Shown here piece after piece: positions 26,195-35,574 of a stretch of 64,000 bases of DNA. The first letter of the stretch is position 1. Every line of letters begins with the position of its first letter. A program made the translations under genes and the position numbers. The DNA comes from a virus: the UHGV virus genome UHGV-1353844; one strand, written 5' to 3'. The notes beneath the pieces were generated by a model. It was given only the letters and a program-made list of their open reading frames with translations. It did not search any database and was not told where the DNA came from.

Positions 26195-28480
26195 TTATTT
26201 ACCAGCTTTGTCTTTACCGTCGCCAGCAACATTACCTGCTACACCACCTTCGGTTTGTTTCTGACCGTTCTGTTCTACAGAAACGTTGTAAGCCAGTTTT
26301 TCTTCAACCAGTTTGGTGATGCCTTTAACCCAAATCAGACCAGTGATCGGGCAGTGGCAGATATGCGCGTTACGCGGCTGTACAGCCAGTTCTTTAGAAG
26401 TAGAACCGTTACGCTGGATGTTGATGTTGGTAACCATGATCGGAGACCAGAAGTGGTTACCCCAGTTCAGTACGCAGTAGGAACCATCGTCCGCAGTCGG
26501 AACTTTCAGGAACCATTGCAGACGACGAGTCCAGGAATCGTCAGCTGCGTTGTAGATACGCCAGCGGTCATCGTTGGTGGTAACGACTTCGTATTCATAA
26601 CGGTCGCCCAGCAGACGTTGGTCGCCCTGAACCAGCAGCAGCATAGATGCAGTCGGTTCGTCAGTTGCGATAATAACTTTCGGCAGAATGTCCGGATCAG
26701 CGGTCAGCAGGCGCAGTGCAGGAATGAAACGAGAATCCTGGATAGCCTGAGTTACCTGGCTACCGATACGCTGCAACAGACCCTGACGAGCGTTGATCAG
26801 CGCTTCTTTGGTATCCAGAGACTGAACAACTTCATCGACTTTGTAGTCAGACTCTTTGAACCACGGAGCAACCCAGTGACGGCCCAGACCACGGATGGCC
26901 GGTTTGTCCCACGGAGTGATCATCGCAGCGGCTGCGTTACGTACTGCTTCGGTGTAAGACAGCGTCTGAGTAATCGCCAGCTGTTCGTTACGGATGTTCA
27001 CCGCAGAGATCAGGTCGTCCAGACGTTCAGTGTCGTCGTATTCAACACCAACTGGAGACTTGGTCAGAATCGGAGAACCGTATTGCAGTTTGTAGTTTTC
27101 CTGTTCCCAAATTGGGTCAAGCAGCAGACCCTGGGTACGACGGTTTTCGTTGGTACGAGTACCATCGAAGCGCCAGCCCATCAGTTCGAGCTTCAGGCCG
27201 TCCAGGATAACTTTACCGGTGCCAGACTTGGTATCAACTTTGTTACCAGTTGCATCGTACAGACCTTCGATTTCCAGTTTGTGGCCGGAAATGTCTACTT
27301 TACCACCGAACTGGCCGCTGGTGAACAGGGACATGGTGATGGTGATAACGTAGCGCAGGGTGTAGGAGTTCTGACCCAGTGCTTGCAGAGCCGGAATAGC
27401 TGCACCAGTCCAGTCGGTGGTTTTCGCATTCAGAGAGAACGCGGTACGACGGAATTGCAGAACCAGTTCACGGCCGTCACCTTCAGCAGGACGCTGGAAG
27501 GTTGCGAACTGCATGTCACGAACGTGCAGTTTGATGAATTTACCCGCTCTCGCTTCTTCGGTCGGTTTACGTACAGAAATCAGCAGGCTGCCCAGAGCAC
27601 AACCCGGTGCGATTTCATCAGTTTCATCGTAACCTTCCTGAACGATACCCGGATGCGCAGACAGCTGGAACAGGTTCAGCGTGTCGTTTGCAAAGCTCAG
27701 GTAGTTAGTCGGATACGGAGGTACACGACCCAGGCGAACGGTTTCGTTCGGAACCAGTTCTTCGCTTACGAAGTATTCCTGGTTTTCACCGGTTTCCATT
27801 ACGTAAGGAACGATGTTGATCGCTTCGTCCTGGAGAACGGTGTGGTCAGTCAGTGCGTTGTGCAGCGGACGACGATGGTCTTCAACCACGTCTTTGCTCA
27901 GCAGCGCGTTCATGATACCGCGAGAAACGGTAGTCACTTTAGTACGTACGGTAATACCAACATCGTTGGTGTCAACGGTAATGGTCGGGAACAGTGTTTC
28001 AGCAAACTTGGACTGAGTTTCCAGAGCACGTACGTTCAGGGTCCAGGTCAGGCCCAGGTTTTTGTCGTAGTCTTTGTTGCTATAGTATTCCTGAGCAACA
28101 ACCATGCGCTCACGACCCCAGTCACCACCTTGCGCACCAGGGATACCAATATCCAGGTTATACTTGCTGTGGAATTCCGGCTTAGCGTATTCCTGGGCAA
28201 CACGTTCTTGCAGGTCTTTACCGTGGTTAGCTGCGCCCAGAATCATTGCGGAGGCGACAGTCGCAGCATGAGACATTTTCTTGCCGCCAAAAGCGTTGGC
28301 ATAGTGCTGTGATGCTTCGTCACGCAGAGCGCCAAATACTTTTGCGTTGCTACGTACGGACTCGCCTGCAACAATCGTATTCCACATTTCGCTGGCGGTG
28401 TTGTTGCCGATGACGTTTTGGGCCAGACTAGTACCGGCTTCTACGAGTTTCTCTAAATTAGAGATTCGGGTATCTTTCAT
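26195..28480 (-). CDS. putative major capsid protein (761 aa, phiKZ-like size class)
   Basis: Strong host-optimal codon bias (CTG, CGT, GGT, ACC, GAA); size typical of jumbo-phage capsid proteins; N-terminal AGE|S and AQE|Y motifs; terminator 26157-26178. Product is inferred, not searched. Confidence 0.5.
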   Translation of the reverse strand: MKDTRISNLEKLVEAGTSLAQNVIGNNTASEMWNTIVAGESVRSNAKVFGALRDEASQHYANAFGGKKMSHAATVASAMILGAANHGKDLQERVAQEYAKPEFHSKYNLDIGIPGAQGGDWGRERMVVAQEYYSNKDYDKNLGLTWTLNVRALETQSKFAETLFPTITVDTNDVGITVRTKVTTVSRGIMNALLSKDVVEDHRRPLHNALTDHTVLQDEAINIVPYVMETGENQEYFVSEELVPNETVRLGRVPPYPTNYLSFANDTLNLFQLSAHPGIVQEGYDETDEIAPGCALGSLLISVRKPTEEARAGKFIKLHVRDMQFATFQRPAEGDGRELVLQFRRTAFSLNAKTTDWTGAAIPALQALGQNSYTLRYVITITMSLFTSGQFGGKVDISGHKLEIEGLYDATGNKVDTKSGTGKVILDGLKLELMGWRFDGTRTNENRRTQGLLLDPIWEQENYKLQYGSPILTKSPVGVEYDDTERLDDLISAVNIRNEQLAITQTLSYTEAVRNAAAAMITPWDKPAIRGLGRHWVAPWFKESDYKVDEVVQSLDTKEALINARQGLLQRIGSQVTQAIQDSRFIPALRLLTADPDILPKVIIATDEPTASMLLLVQGDQRLLGDRYEYEVVTTNDDRWRIYNAADDSWTRRLQWFLKVPTADDGSYCVLNWGNHFWSPIMVTNINIQRNGSTSKELAVQPRNAHICHCPITGLIWVKGITKLVEEKLAYNVSVEQNGQKQTEGGVAGNVAGDGKDKAGK

Positions 28481-28492
28481 TTGTTTAATACC

Positions 28493-29017
28493 TTAATGAG
28501 ATAAATGACATGCGTATAATTGCGTCAGCACTTCGTTAGCGGCAAACTGCGTTGAGGTACTGAAGCAGTCATCCACGACGCGAGTCTTGGTACGCATATA
28601 TTTAAAAAGTTCTGCGCAGAACATCTTTTTCGCAGCGTGGTCTTCACCCGAAGAAAAACCCGAACCGGACTTCGCTTCTGCAAATGACGCCACAATCGTA
28701 TCACCACGTTGGGTAAAGACCCAGCGTAAGCGACAAGGAATTGTTTCCCCATATAAATCGTCAAGGGAAACCTTTTCGCCTGATTCGACCAGACGTAACA
28801 CCTGATCATAATATTTACCTGGAAGTACAGGCGGAGCCATTAACGCTTTATAAATAGCAGAACGACTTACTTCAGGTATAATGATAGAACTGAAACCATT
28901 CGGACAGTCATATAACCAGTTAAAGAACCCTGCCTGGAGCAATTCTACACTTTTAACGGCAGCGCCTTTATCTATGTTAGGCTGAACTTCCCACGGTGGA
29001 CTAAAACGAATTTGCAT
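28493..29017 (-). CDS. hypothetical protein (174 aa)
   Basis: ORF track; start 13 nt from divergent plus gene. Confidence 0.55.
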   Translation of the reverse strand: MQIRFSPPWEVQPNIDKGAAVKSVELLQAGFFNWLYDCPNGFSSIIIPEVSRSAIYKALMAPPVLPGKYYDQVLRLVESGEKVSLDDLYGETIPCRLRWVFTQRGDTIVASFAEAKSGSGFSSGEDHAAKKMFCAELFKYMRTKTRVVDDCFSTSTQFAANEVLTQLYACHLSH

Positions 29018-29030
29018 TTAAGGATGCTCC

Positions 29031-30593
29031 ATGAATAACAAAATGATGTTGATAACCGCATTAGCCACACTATACACTGAAAGTCTGCTGACCGACCCTG
29101 AGAAGGATCACGAGGTCATAAGAAAAGTGCTGTTAGAGGCTAAGCTTCCTGATTACGTAGAGGAAGGTGACGAACGTGCCGCCCTCGTCGAAATCAAGGA
29201 TATCATCACATCCATCATAGACGGCGGTATGCCTTACGACCACACAAACGTCATGAAACGTTTGAAGTTGGCCACTACGCAAATACGTCCTCTATACGAT
29301 ACGATTACCAAATTCCTGGAAGATGATATTCCAGAAGAACCAGAAGCACGCATCGAGCATCTTAACCGTCAAGTAGCACAATACTACTTCCAATTACGTC
29401 AAGCTATTCAAGGCGTACAACTGAAACAAAAATTAGGTCGTACGTTAGGCGCACTGAACGGAACAGAAACGCGCGTTGATTTACAAACGGCGCTCAACGA
29501 CCTCAGAGATAGTCTCTCTACGTTCAGTGAACGCTCTCATAATAAGATTCCCTCACTAGTTGGTGAGCTTATTACGGATAACCGTGCACCGTTCGTACAT
29601 GTGTTCGACTCAATCAGTAAGAAAGCAGCGGGTAACGGTTTACGTACCGGATGGAAAGCCATTAACCAGATGCTGGGTTGTAACAAAGGGATTACCGAAG
29701 AACTTTGGCTGATGCCTGCACTGCCTTTTAACTGTAAATCACTTTTTAGTCTGTTGTTGTCTATCAGTATTCCGGTATTCAATACACCTGAAAAAGTAAT
29801 GGAAAACGTTAAAGGGGATTTGCAGCCGGTTATTCTCGATTTAAGTTTAGAGAACGAACTGGACGTTAACTTGGCGTATGCGTACCAAGCGCTCTACGGT
29901 CATTTTGAAGGTGAAGCGCCGGTTATGGTTGCTTCTGAAAACGCTACCGACGAAGAGAAAGCTTTGCACAACACAAAAATGTCGGACTACCTCTGTAGTA
30001 AAATGCGGGCTAACGGTTGGGAGTACATCTTTCAGAAACACACAAACTCAGATTTTAAAATACACTACTTAAACGACTTAATACTGGACTTAAAGCGTCG
30101 AGGTTATCATGTAGCTGGGATTCGCGGAGACTATTTCGGGACTATCAGTAAAGCAGGTCACGGTAACGGGATTGCCGGTAGCGACATTAAAGAAATTTAT
30201 CGTATCGCTCGAAACATCCAGGTAGTACGTAACCGTGGTTTCTTGTTAGCACCACACCAAATCTCACCAGAAGGCAAAAAATTAAAAGCGTTAGACCCAG
30301 CAAGTTTCTGTAAGAACTTGCCAGGTCGCGGTCTTTACGATAACTGCTCCAGCTTGGATAACGAAGCTGACGGTGAGATGTATTTTAACAAACGTGTTGT
30401 CAATGGGCATAGTTACTTAGAAGTACAACGTGGTAAACACCGTACAATTATCGATACTAAAGAAGCTTACCATTATACAGTAATACCTTTCCGTGAAGTT
30501 GGCATTCTGCCATGGGATTGCGATAAAGAAGAAACAGTAACTGCATCGTCGATAAACGTCTTTACAGGCGGTATGGGTGACGAACTCTTTTGA
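29031..30593 (+). CDS. hypothetical protein (520 aa)
   Basis: ORF track; AAGGA RBS; followed by UUCG hairpin and U-tract terminator. Confidence 0.6.
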   Translation: MNNKMMLITALATLYTESLLTDPEKDHEVIRKVLLEAKLPDYVEEGDERAALVEIKDIITSIIDGGMPYDHTNVMKRLKLATTQIRPLYDTITKFLEDDIPEEPEARIEHLNRQVAQYYFQLRQAIQGVQLKQKLGRTLGALNGTETRVDLQTALNDLRDSLSTFSERSHNKIPSLVGELITDNRAPFVHVFDSISKKAAGNGLRTGWKAINQMLGCNKGITEELWLMPALPFNCKSLFSLLLSISIPVFNTPEKVMENVKGDLQPVILDLSLENELDVNLAYAYQALYGHFEGEAPVMVASENATDEEKALHNTKMSDYLCSKMRANGWEYIFQKHTNSDFKIHYLNDLILDLKRRGYHVAGIRGDYFGTISKAGHGNGIAGSDIKEIYRIARNIQVVRNRGFLLAPHQISPEGKKLKALDPASFCKNLPGRGLYDNCSSLDNEADGEMYFNKRVVNGHSYLEVQRGKHRTIIDTKEAYHYTVIPFREVGILPWDCDKEETVTASSINVFTGGMGDELF

Positions 30594-30597
30594 GTCT

Positions 30598-30615
30598 GGG
30601 GAGCTTCGGCTCCCC
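30598..30615 (+). other. UUCG stem-loop immediately after stop of plus gene (no U-tract)
   Basis: GGGGAGC-ttcg-GCTCCCC starting 5 nt after stop; likely 3' stability element. Confidence 0.4.
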
Positions 30616-30699
30616 CTACGACCCCTTATGCGTCCCGAAAAGCAAAAAAAAACAAGACATCTAATATTTATGAACGAAAGTCAACTACTGAACTAAGTA

Positions 30700-30725
30700 G
30701 GGGGTGGTAGCACACCCCCTTTTAT
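30700..30725 (+). terminator. intrinsic terminator (GGGGTG...CACCCC family)
   Basis: Hairpin followed by TTTTATT; same stem as hairpins at 31031 and 31367. Confidence 0.55.
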
Positions 30726-30728
30726 TAG

Positions 30729-30902
30729 TTAGTAGCGTTCACTCCTTTTTTCAGTGATTATCTGTGTGAAACGGTTGGTTGATGGTTTTAATCGTTTATT
30801 CGCACCGAGTTGACTATACTCGTAGATACGTTGCTGTAAATTGGTTTTTGCTGCATATTGTTCTGCAAGCATTTTGTCAGTAAAGTAGTAACCATTGTTC
30901 AT
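30729..30902 (-). CDS. small hypothetical protein (57 aa)
   Basis: Track ORF shortened to M14, where AAAGAGGG lies ~10 nt upstream; sits between structured RNA modules. Confidence 0.4.
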   Translation of the reverse strand: MNNGYYFTDKMLAEQYAAKTNLQQRIYEYSQLGANKRLKPSTNRFTQIITEKRSERY

Positions 30903-30937
30903 GGTATAAGCCCTCTTTGTAGGGTGATTAAAGAAAT

Positions 30938-31055
30938 CCATTACGTTTCCGTAATGGTGCTGTAAAAGGTACGCTGCACCAACAGCGTACCTTGCTTTAA
31001 CTTCTCTTTGGAAAAGTTAAAGCGTAAAAAGGGGTGTGACAGCACCCCTTTTTAT
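30938..31055. other. four-hairpin structured intergenic module 1
   Basis: Consecutive hairpins at 30938-30957, 30968-30991, 30995-31022 and 31031-31048 followed by T-run; homologous to module 2. Confidence 0.55.
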
Positions 31056-31060
31056 TACAC

Positions 31061-31246
31061 CTACGACCACCAACTCGGCAGGTTACTGTACGAAGCTTTA
31101 CGCTTCACAGTCCCACAGCTGGGCTGTGGTCCAGGGGCAGTAATCAGACCACGCATGGCGTAGTCGTTCATGTGTGCCTTGAACCTACTTTCCCTAAACT
31201 GTGTTAATTTCGTTTGTTTTAAAACTTCCTTACGTAAATCAGGCAT
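31061..31246 (-). CDS. small hypothetical protein (61 aa)
   Basis: ORF track; GAGGT 8 nt upstream; flanked by four-hairpin modules. Confidence 0.35.
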   Translation of the reverse strand: MPDLRKEVLKQTKLTQFRESRFKAHMNDYAMRGLITAPGPQPSCGTVKRKASYSNLPSWWS

Positions 31247-31276
31247 TTTGATACCTCACTTAGTGTCTTAATGTTA

Positions 31277-31395
31277 GGCTAACAGTTCGTTAGCCGCCTA
31301 AGTAGGGACTGCCTATACAGTCCCTACTGCTTTATCTTCTCTTTCGAAAAGATAAAGCTATGATAAGGGGTGTGTCACCACCCCTTGTTTTTTTA
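31277..31395. other. four-hairpin structured intergenic module 2
   Basis: Hairpins at 31277-31295, 31302-31327, 31330-31357 and 31367-31384 followed by T-run; hairpin 3 differs from module 1 by compensatory changes (aac/gtt vs atc/gat). Confidence 0.55.
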
Positions 31396-31554
31396 TCAGT
31401 TACTTCTCCTTTCAACTATCAACTGGGTGTTTCTTGGATAAGCAACTTTGGGCTGAGTTAACGTTGGTTGCGCTATTTCACTAACCCTACGTTGAAATTC
31501 GAGCTGTTTTACGGACAACTCGTTTAACCTTTGAAACAACTGTTCATGTTTCAT
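31396..31554 (-). CDS. small hypothetical protein (52 aa), not in ORF track
   Basis: Hand-translated MKHEQLFQRLNELSVKQLEFQRRVSEIAQPTLTQPKVAYPRNTQLIVERRSN; GGAG ~9 nt upstream. Confidence 0.3.
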   Translation of the reverse strand: MKHEQLFQRLNELSVKQLEFQRRVSEIAQPTLTQPKVAYPRNTQLIVERRSN

Positions 31555-31598
31555 GAACTTTTCTCCTATGTTGAAGTTGCGAAAATAAATAAAGTGTA

Positions 31599-31624
31599 CC
31601 CCTAATCCCGAAAAGGATTAGGGG
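31599..31624 (-). terminator. intrinsic terminator
   Basis: CCCCTAATCC-cgaaaa-GGATTAGGGG; A-rich upstream on plus. Confidence 0.6.
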
Positions 31625-31630
31625 TTGCTT

Positions 31631-32446
31631 TTATTTAATCGCTACGTATTGAACATGACCACATTCCTTACATTGCACGTTGGCTTGCGGGAATGTTAGG
31701 CCGGTTAAAGGAACACGGATTCGATACTGTGCACCACATTCTTCACAAACAAAATCGTGTTCTGGATAAACACGACCTTTCAATTTCTCATCCTTCCTTA
31801 ACGTTTCAGCCAGGAAATGCATGGCTCCTAACGCTTCATTAATCTGCTGTTCCCATTCACCGTCTAACGGATATGCGAACGCTCGAATCAACGTTTCCAC
31901 CATCTCCGGTTTATTGCTCACGTAGACGTGTTTCAATTCAAACTCTACGCGTTGTAGACCGAACAGCACACGTGCAGTTACCGTTACATTATCTAACGTT
32001 TGTGCAAACGCAACGGGATTATCATCACCGTACATTGCGAATAACCCAGCACGTTCGTATTCGATATCGCTCCACTCGATTAGTTCTACAGATTTAATCG
32101 CTTCCGCAATCTCAGCTTTACCGAACGTTTCATGTTCCAATAATCCGACGATAACTTCATTCAACGATTTCAATTGCTGTAAACGAATCACAGGATCGGT
32201 ATTCACGATAAGCAAACGATGCATTCTGGATTTCAACCAGTTAATCGTTCCTTCTACACCACCCCCAAACGAGCAGATGCTTATCACTTCAGGTTCACGA
32301 AGGATAAGAGTGGATTTTCCTGCTGCCGTACTCAAGTAGAGTTTAAAAGACTTATCGCTGGACTCTGCAACGATGGCAATGTCTTCAGTTGGAACGAAGT
32401 TTTCATTGCTCAGCCCACGCGGAAAATAATCTTTAATAGTAATCAT
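31631..32446 (-). CDS. hypothetical protein with C-terminal zinc-ribbon (CxxC...CxxC)
   Basis: ORF track; C-terminus FVCEECGAQYRIRV...QCKECGHVQY; GGAG RBS; terminator 31599-31624. Confidence 0.6.
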   Translation of the reverse strand: MITIKDYFPRGLSNENFVPTEDIAIVAESSDKSFKLYLSTAAGKSTLILREPEVISICSFGGGVEGTINWLKSRMHRLLIVNTDPVIRLQQLKSLNEVIVGLLEHETFGKAEIAEAIKSVELIEWSDIEYERAGLFAMYGDDNPVAFAQTLDNVTVTARVLFGLQRVEFELKHVYVSNKPEMVETLIRAFAYPLDGEWEQQINEALGAMHFLAETLRKDEKLKGRVYPEHDFVCEECGAQYRIRVPLTGLTFPQANVQCKECGHVQYVAIK

Positions 32447-32477
32447 CTTTTATGCTCCAATTAATAAAAAAATTAAG

Positions 32478-32493
32478 GGCACCCGAAGGTGCC
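32478..32493 (-). terminator. intrinsic terminator (UUCG loop) after lipoprotein gene
   Basis: GGCACC-cgaa-GGTGCC preceded by AAAAAAATTAA. Confidence 0.55.
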
Positions 32494-32500
32494 TTATACA

Positions 32501-32644
32501 TTAACCACGACCAGTGCACTGCGCAACGGAATTACCGTTGTCGATGCAAGTGTCGTAGCCTTTATCGATGTCCAGGTACAGGCAACCCAGAACAACAGCG
32601 ATAACAACAGCGAAGATAGCTTTTTTGTGTTTTACAGAAATCAT
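32501..32644 (-). CDS. small lipoprotein (47 aa precursor, lipobox VLG|C), not in ORF track
   Basis: Hand-translated MISVKHKKAIFAVVIAVVLGCLYLDIDKGYDTCIDNGNSVAQCTGRG; AGGAG 7 nt upstream; early-promoter-like element upstream; UUCG terminator 32478-32493. Confidence 0.55.
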   Translation of the reverse strand: MISVKHKKAIFAVVIAVVLGCLYLDIDKGYDTCIDNGNSVAQCTGRG

Positions 32645-32671
32645 GATATAGCTCCTAATTAGGTATTCGAT

Positions 32672-32735
32672 AAATGAGTATTACGTAATTCTCTCACCTA
32701 AGTAATATATATCTGAAAATATTTTAATTAAAACA
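32672..32735 (-). promoter_or_regulatory. conserved early-promoter-like element, copy 3
   Basis: Divergent copy (ATTACGTAAT palindrome, core TATATATTAC) upstream of lipoprotein gene. Confidence 0.5.
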
Positions 32736-32849
32736 CCCTCTAAAACGCGCTGTATCGCATTCTGACAGCCTTTTATTTTTTTAAACACCATTAATCGTCT
32801 TAAGGTGTAAAACAGCGTCTAAGACGCATTCACGAGTAAATAAAAGGAC

Positions 32850-32877
32850 ATCCCGTTACCCACAAAGGTAACGGGAT
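32850..32877 (-). terminator. intrinsic terminator
   Basis: ATCCCGTTACC-cacaaa-GGTAACGGGAT preceded by A-rich tract. Confidence 0.55.
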
Positions 32878-32881
32878 AATT

Positions 32882-33688
32882 TTACATCACTTGCATTTTG
32901 TTCACGACCGCAAGTTCTTCATCAGCAATACCGCTTTTCGATGAGATCGTAAAACGTTTATCGTTGATGACTTCTACGGCGTCACGAATATGCAGACCTT
33001 TCTCTTCAGTAATCGGGAGGATAGAATCGTTATCCTGCGGGCCGATTAACTGACAAGTAAACGGTACGTACGCGTTAAACGTGATATACGGACCTAGTTG
33101 CATAACCGGGAACACTTCGTTGAAGTTGCTTGCCATTCCGCTGTCAGACGAAATTACTGCGTAACGAACAACAGCACGTAACGCAATGGTGTTTTCAGGA
33201 TCGCGTGCTTCGCCAATCATCGTGAAACGGAAAGCGTTGAACTCATAATCGTCAGATTCAGCAAAGTGCGTCGGAAGCAAACGTTCGATATACTTCGGAT
33301 ACGTTTCTGGTTCTCCTGGAACTACCGCATTCGCCAACTTCTGTGCGTAGAAATAACAATACGCGAAACCGTACTGCGCTTCCAGTGCTCCCGTCACTAC
33401 CGCAGTCGTGATTGCGTGCAAGAACAACAAATTACCCAAAGAACCTTTTTCTTCAATCGGTAATAAGCGATGGCCCTGTACTCCGTCAACCGTGTAGATA
33501 ACAGAGACCGTTTTGTCAGCAGAAGACGCCATGACGAAATCTAGCTGACAATGCTCGCCGCCTGGAATAACCTTTAAGCAACGTTCTAACAGTTTGGACG
33601 GTTTAGCGAAATGTTCTTTTTCGTACTCGTCAATCTGCATTAACGTTTGACCAGACATGCGGAAAGTAAGTAAATTGCTCATTAACAA
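32882..33688 (-). CDS. hypothetical protein (268 aa)
   Basis: ORF track; terminator 32850-32877 downstream. Confidence 0.6.
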   Translation of the reverse strand: MLMSNLLTFRMSGQTLMQIDEYEKEHFAKPSKLLERCLKVIPGGEHCQLDFVMASSADKTVSVIYTVDGVQGHRLLPIEEKGSLGNLLFLHAITTAVVTGALEAQYGFAYCYFYAQKLANAVVPGEPETYPKYIERLLPTHFAESDDYEFNAFRFTMIGEARDPENTIALRAVVRYAVISSDSGMASNFNEVFPVMQLGPYITFNAYVPFTCQLIGPQDNDSILPITEEKGLHIRDAVEVINDKRFTISSKSGIADEELAVVNKMQVM

Positions 33689-33714
33689 ATCCTTTAGGTT
33701 GCTGTCGACATAAC

Positions 33715-35034
33715 TTACGTTGTGGATGTAAAATTTTCATTAGTCAGCCACAACGTCAACTGACTAATGGTATTAAACCGTGGTGAAGCCGCTGAACCAC
33801 CATCAATTGCACCTTGGAAAACTTCTGCAACTAATGTTCCGTAACGCGTGTATACACCATAGTTATTCGCATAAATGTATTTTACTGCCATCCCAGGACG
33901 GAGTAAGCCGTACGTTGATGCGTTCCAGGTTGTTGCTGTTAGCGTCCCTTTCGCCGCCGCCAACTTAGACCGTTGCGGTTTATCTGTGTCCGAGAAGTGT
34001 TGGTTCGGGTCTATTGGTGCGTTAACCACCCCACCTGGATATTGCGTCGGATCAGCCGCTGACACGAACGAATCAGACGTTGTAGCAGAAACATCACCTG
34101 ACGAGAACGAGGACGCACGACCATCCAAAGCACGGATAGACCCCACACGATAACCGGTACCTTGGTTTAGTGCTAAGGAGTCTTTATCTTCGAAGGTGTG
34201 GACATCACCCCCACATATCAGGTAAATCACGTCACCGTCAATGTGGCAGGTCTTATTCAGATACGCTGCTTTCTCTTTCGGTAGGTTTATAATCACCAGC
34301 TTATTCTTCGCTGATGAAAACTTCTTAGAGTCCCAAGGTTGGAAAATATACCAACGGTGTTTGTAGAGGAACACCCCCAGCCCTTGGCTATAAACCCCGT
34401 AACGATTCTGAAGGTAATCGAACACAGACAGGAAACTTTCCGAGTCAGGAATCAAAATATCCCGATACGGTTGTTGCTCCTCTTCCTCGTATTCCACGCC
34501 CACCAACTGACCTTCTGGCGCATCACCAGTAGGTAACGTATCTGCCAGCAGCGCACGAACAACACTAAGACCATCTGTCTCGTGATAAATCCCACCGACT
34601 TGACGGCAACGTAAGAACCACATTGACTCGTCCATCAGTTCCAGGGTGACGACCGCTAACGCTTTCTGGTCAGACTCACCTAAGAACATCGTGGGCGATT
34701 CCATATCAGGATCGTGGTTGTTTACGACGATACCCCGATAGTCGAGTTTCGCAACGGTTTTCTTGTTCATTGTCCGCATTAGAATTTTCACGGACAAATC
34801 CCCGTCTGCGGAAGACGTTAACACACGCTGTTGGCTTAACGGTATCATCACGGTAAGATGGGTGATAGTCGTTAAGTCCTGTGCGAAGTTACTGGCATGG
34901 ATTATCGACAACGTTTTAAATACGCTGATAACTGTGCCACGTACCGTAATGATAGGTACGTATTCGATGGCCGGTAATCCCGCCGCTTGTGCGATATGCA
35001 CGTTTGCTATGTTCTGTAACCGACCAAACGACAT
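33715..35034 (-). CDS. hypothetical protein (439 aa)
   Basis: ORF track; operon with downstream genes. Confidence 0.6.
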   Translation of the reverse strand: MSFGRLQNIANVHIAQAAGLPAIEYVPIITVRGTVISVFKTLSIIHASNFAQDLTTITHLTVMIPLSQQRVLTSSADGDLSVKILMRTMNKKTVAKLDYRGIVVNNHDPDMESPTMFLGESDQKALAVVTLELMDESMWFLRCRQVGGIYHETDGLSVVRALLADTLPTGDAPEGQLVGVEYEEEEQQPYRDILIPDSESFLSVFDYLQNRYGVYSQGLGVFLYKHRWYIFQPWDSKKFSSAKNKLVIINLPKEKAAYLNKTCHIDGDVIYLICGGDVHTFEDKDSLALNQGTGYRVGSIRALDGRASSFSSGDVSATTSDSFVSAADPTQYPGGVVNAPIDPNQHFSDTDKPQRSKLAAAKGTLTATTWNASTYGLLRPGMAVKYIYANNYGVYTRYGTLVAEVFQGAIDGGSAASPRFNTISQLTLWLTNENFTSTT

Positions 35035-35573
35035 TACAGTATACCTCCCCTTTTACGATAAATCGTTTCTATACGTCGCATTATCGTATCGTTAAAACGG
35101 TGTTGCTGCGTTTCTAAACGCACCTCTCCAAATAACGCTTGTACCGACGTCGCCATCGTCACTTCCGGTTTCTTAAAGTAACCGTATCGGTTAGCAACGG
35201 GAAAAAGTTTACATGCTAAGGCGTTGAACTGGCGGAGTCCTTCTATCGGTACTTTACGCGTCGTCAGATGAGGTTCTTGCATGTAATGTAACCAATCTGC
35301 CAGGTGTTCCATGATATACCCGTAAACGATAATACCGTCATTCGGATCGTGGACATCTAACGCAGCACCGGTTTCTGCGTACACCGCCACTTCAAATGGC
35401 CGCATATACACCGTTTTCTTGTTCAACAAAATCGCTCGTGCTTTCTTTTCGTCATCCGGCAAGAACAATCCGTGTTCTTGCGACATATACTGGGTAATGG
35501 TTGTCCATTCAGGAACCCGCCATGCTACCCACTTATGGAACAGCATAAACGCTGCACTACGTTTCACTGACAC
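35034..35573 (-). CDS. hypothetical protein (179 aa)
   Basis: ORF track; start/stop overlaps with neighbours. Confidence 0.55.
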   Translation of the reverse strand: MSVKRSAAFMLFHKWVAWRVPEWTTITQYMSQEHGLFLPDDEKKARAILLNKKTVYMRPFEVAVYAETGAALDVHDPNDGIIVYGYIMEHLADWLHYMQEPHLTTRKVPIEGLRQFNALACKLFPVANRYGYFKKPEVTMATSVQALFGEVRLETQQHRFNDTIMRRIETIYRKRGGIL

Positions 35574-35574
35574 A

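Noticed and set aside
26255-28312. 685-aa plus-strand ORF antisense to the capsid-like gene
   Set aside because: It lies entirely within the codon-optimised minus-strand gene and has no RBS or promoter; long antisense ORFs are expected opposite GC3-biased genes.
31631-32446. P-loop-like STAAGKST in the zinc-ribbon protein
   Set aside because: The segment lacks the leading Gly/Ala of a Walker A motif and no Walker B is evident, so I did not call an ATPase.
30594-32881. Possible tRNA genes in the longest non-coding stretches
   Set aside because: No cloverleaf with a 7-bp acceptor stem and GTTCGAAT-type T-loop could be traced; the hairpins are better explained as terminators or leader structures. 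A tRNAscan-SE run would settle it.
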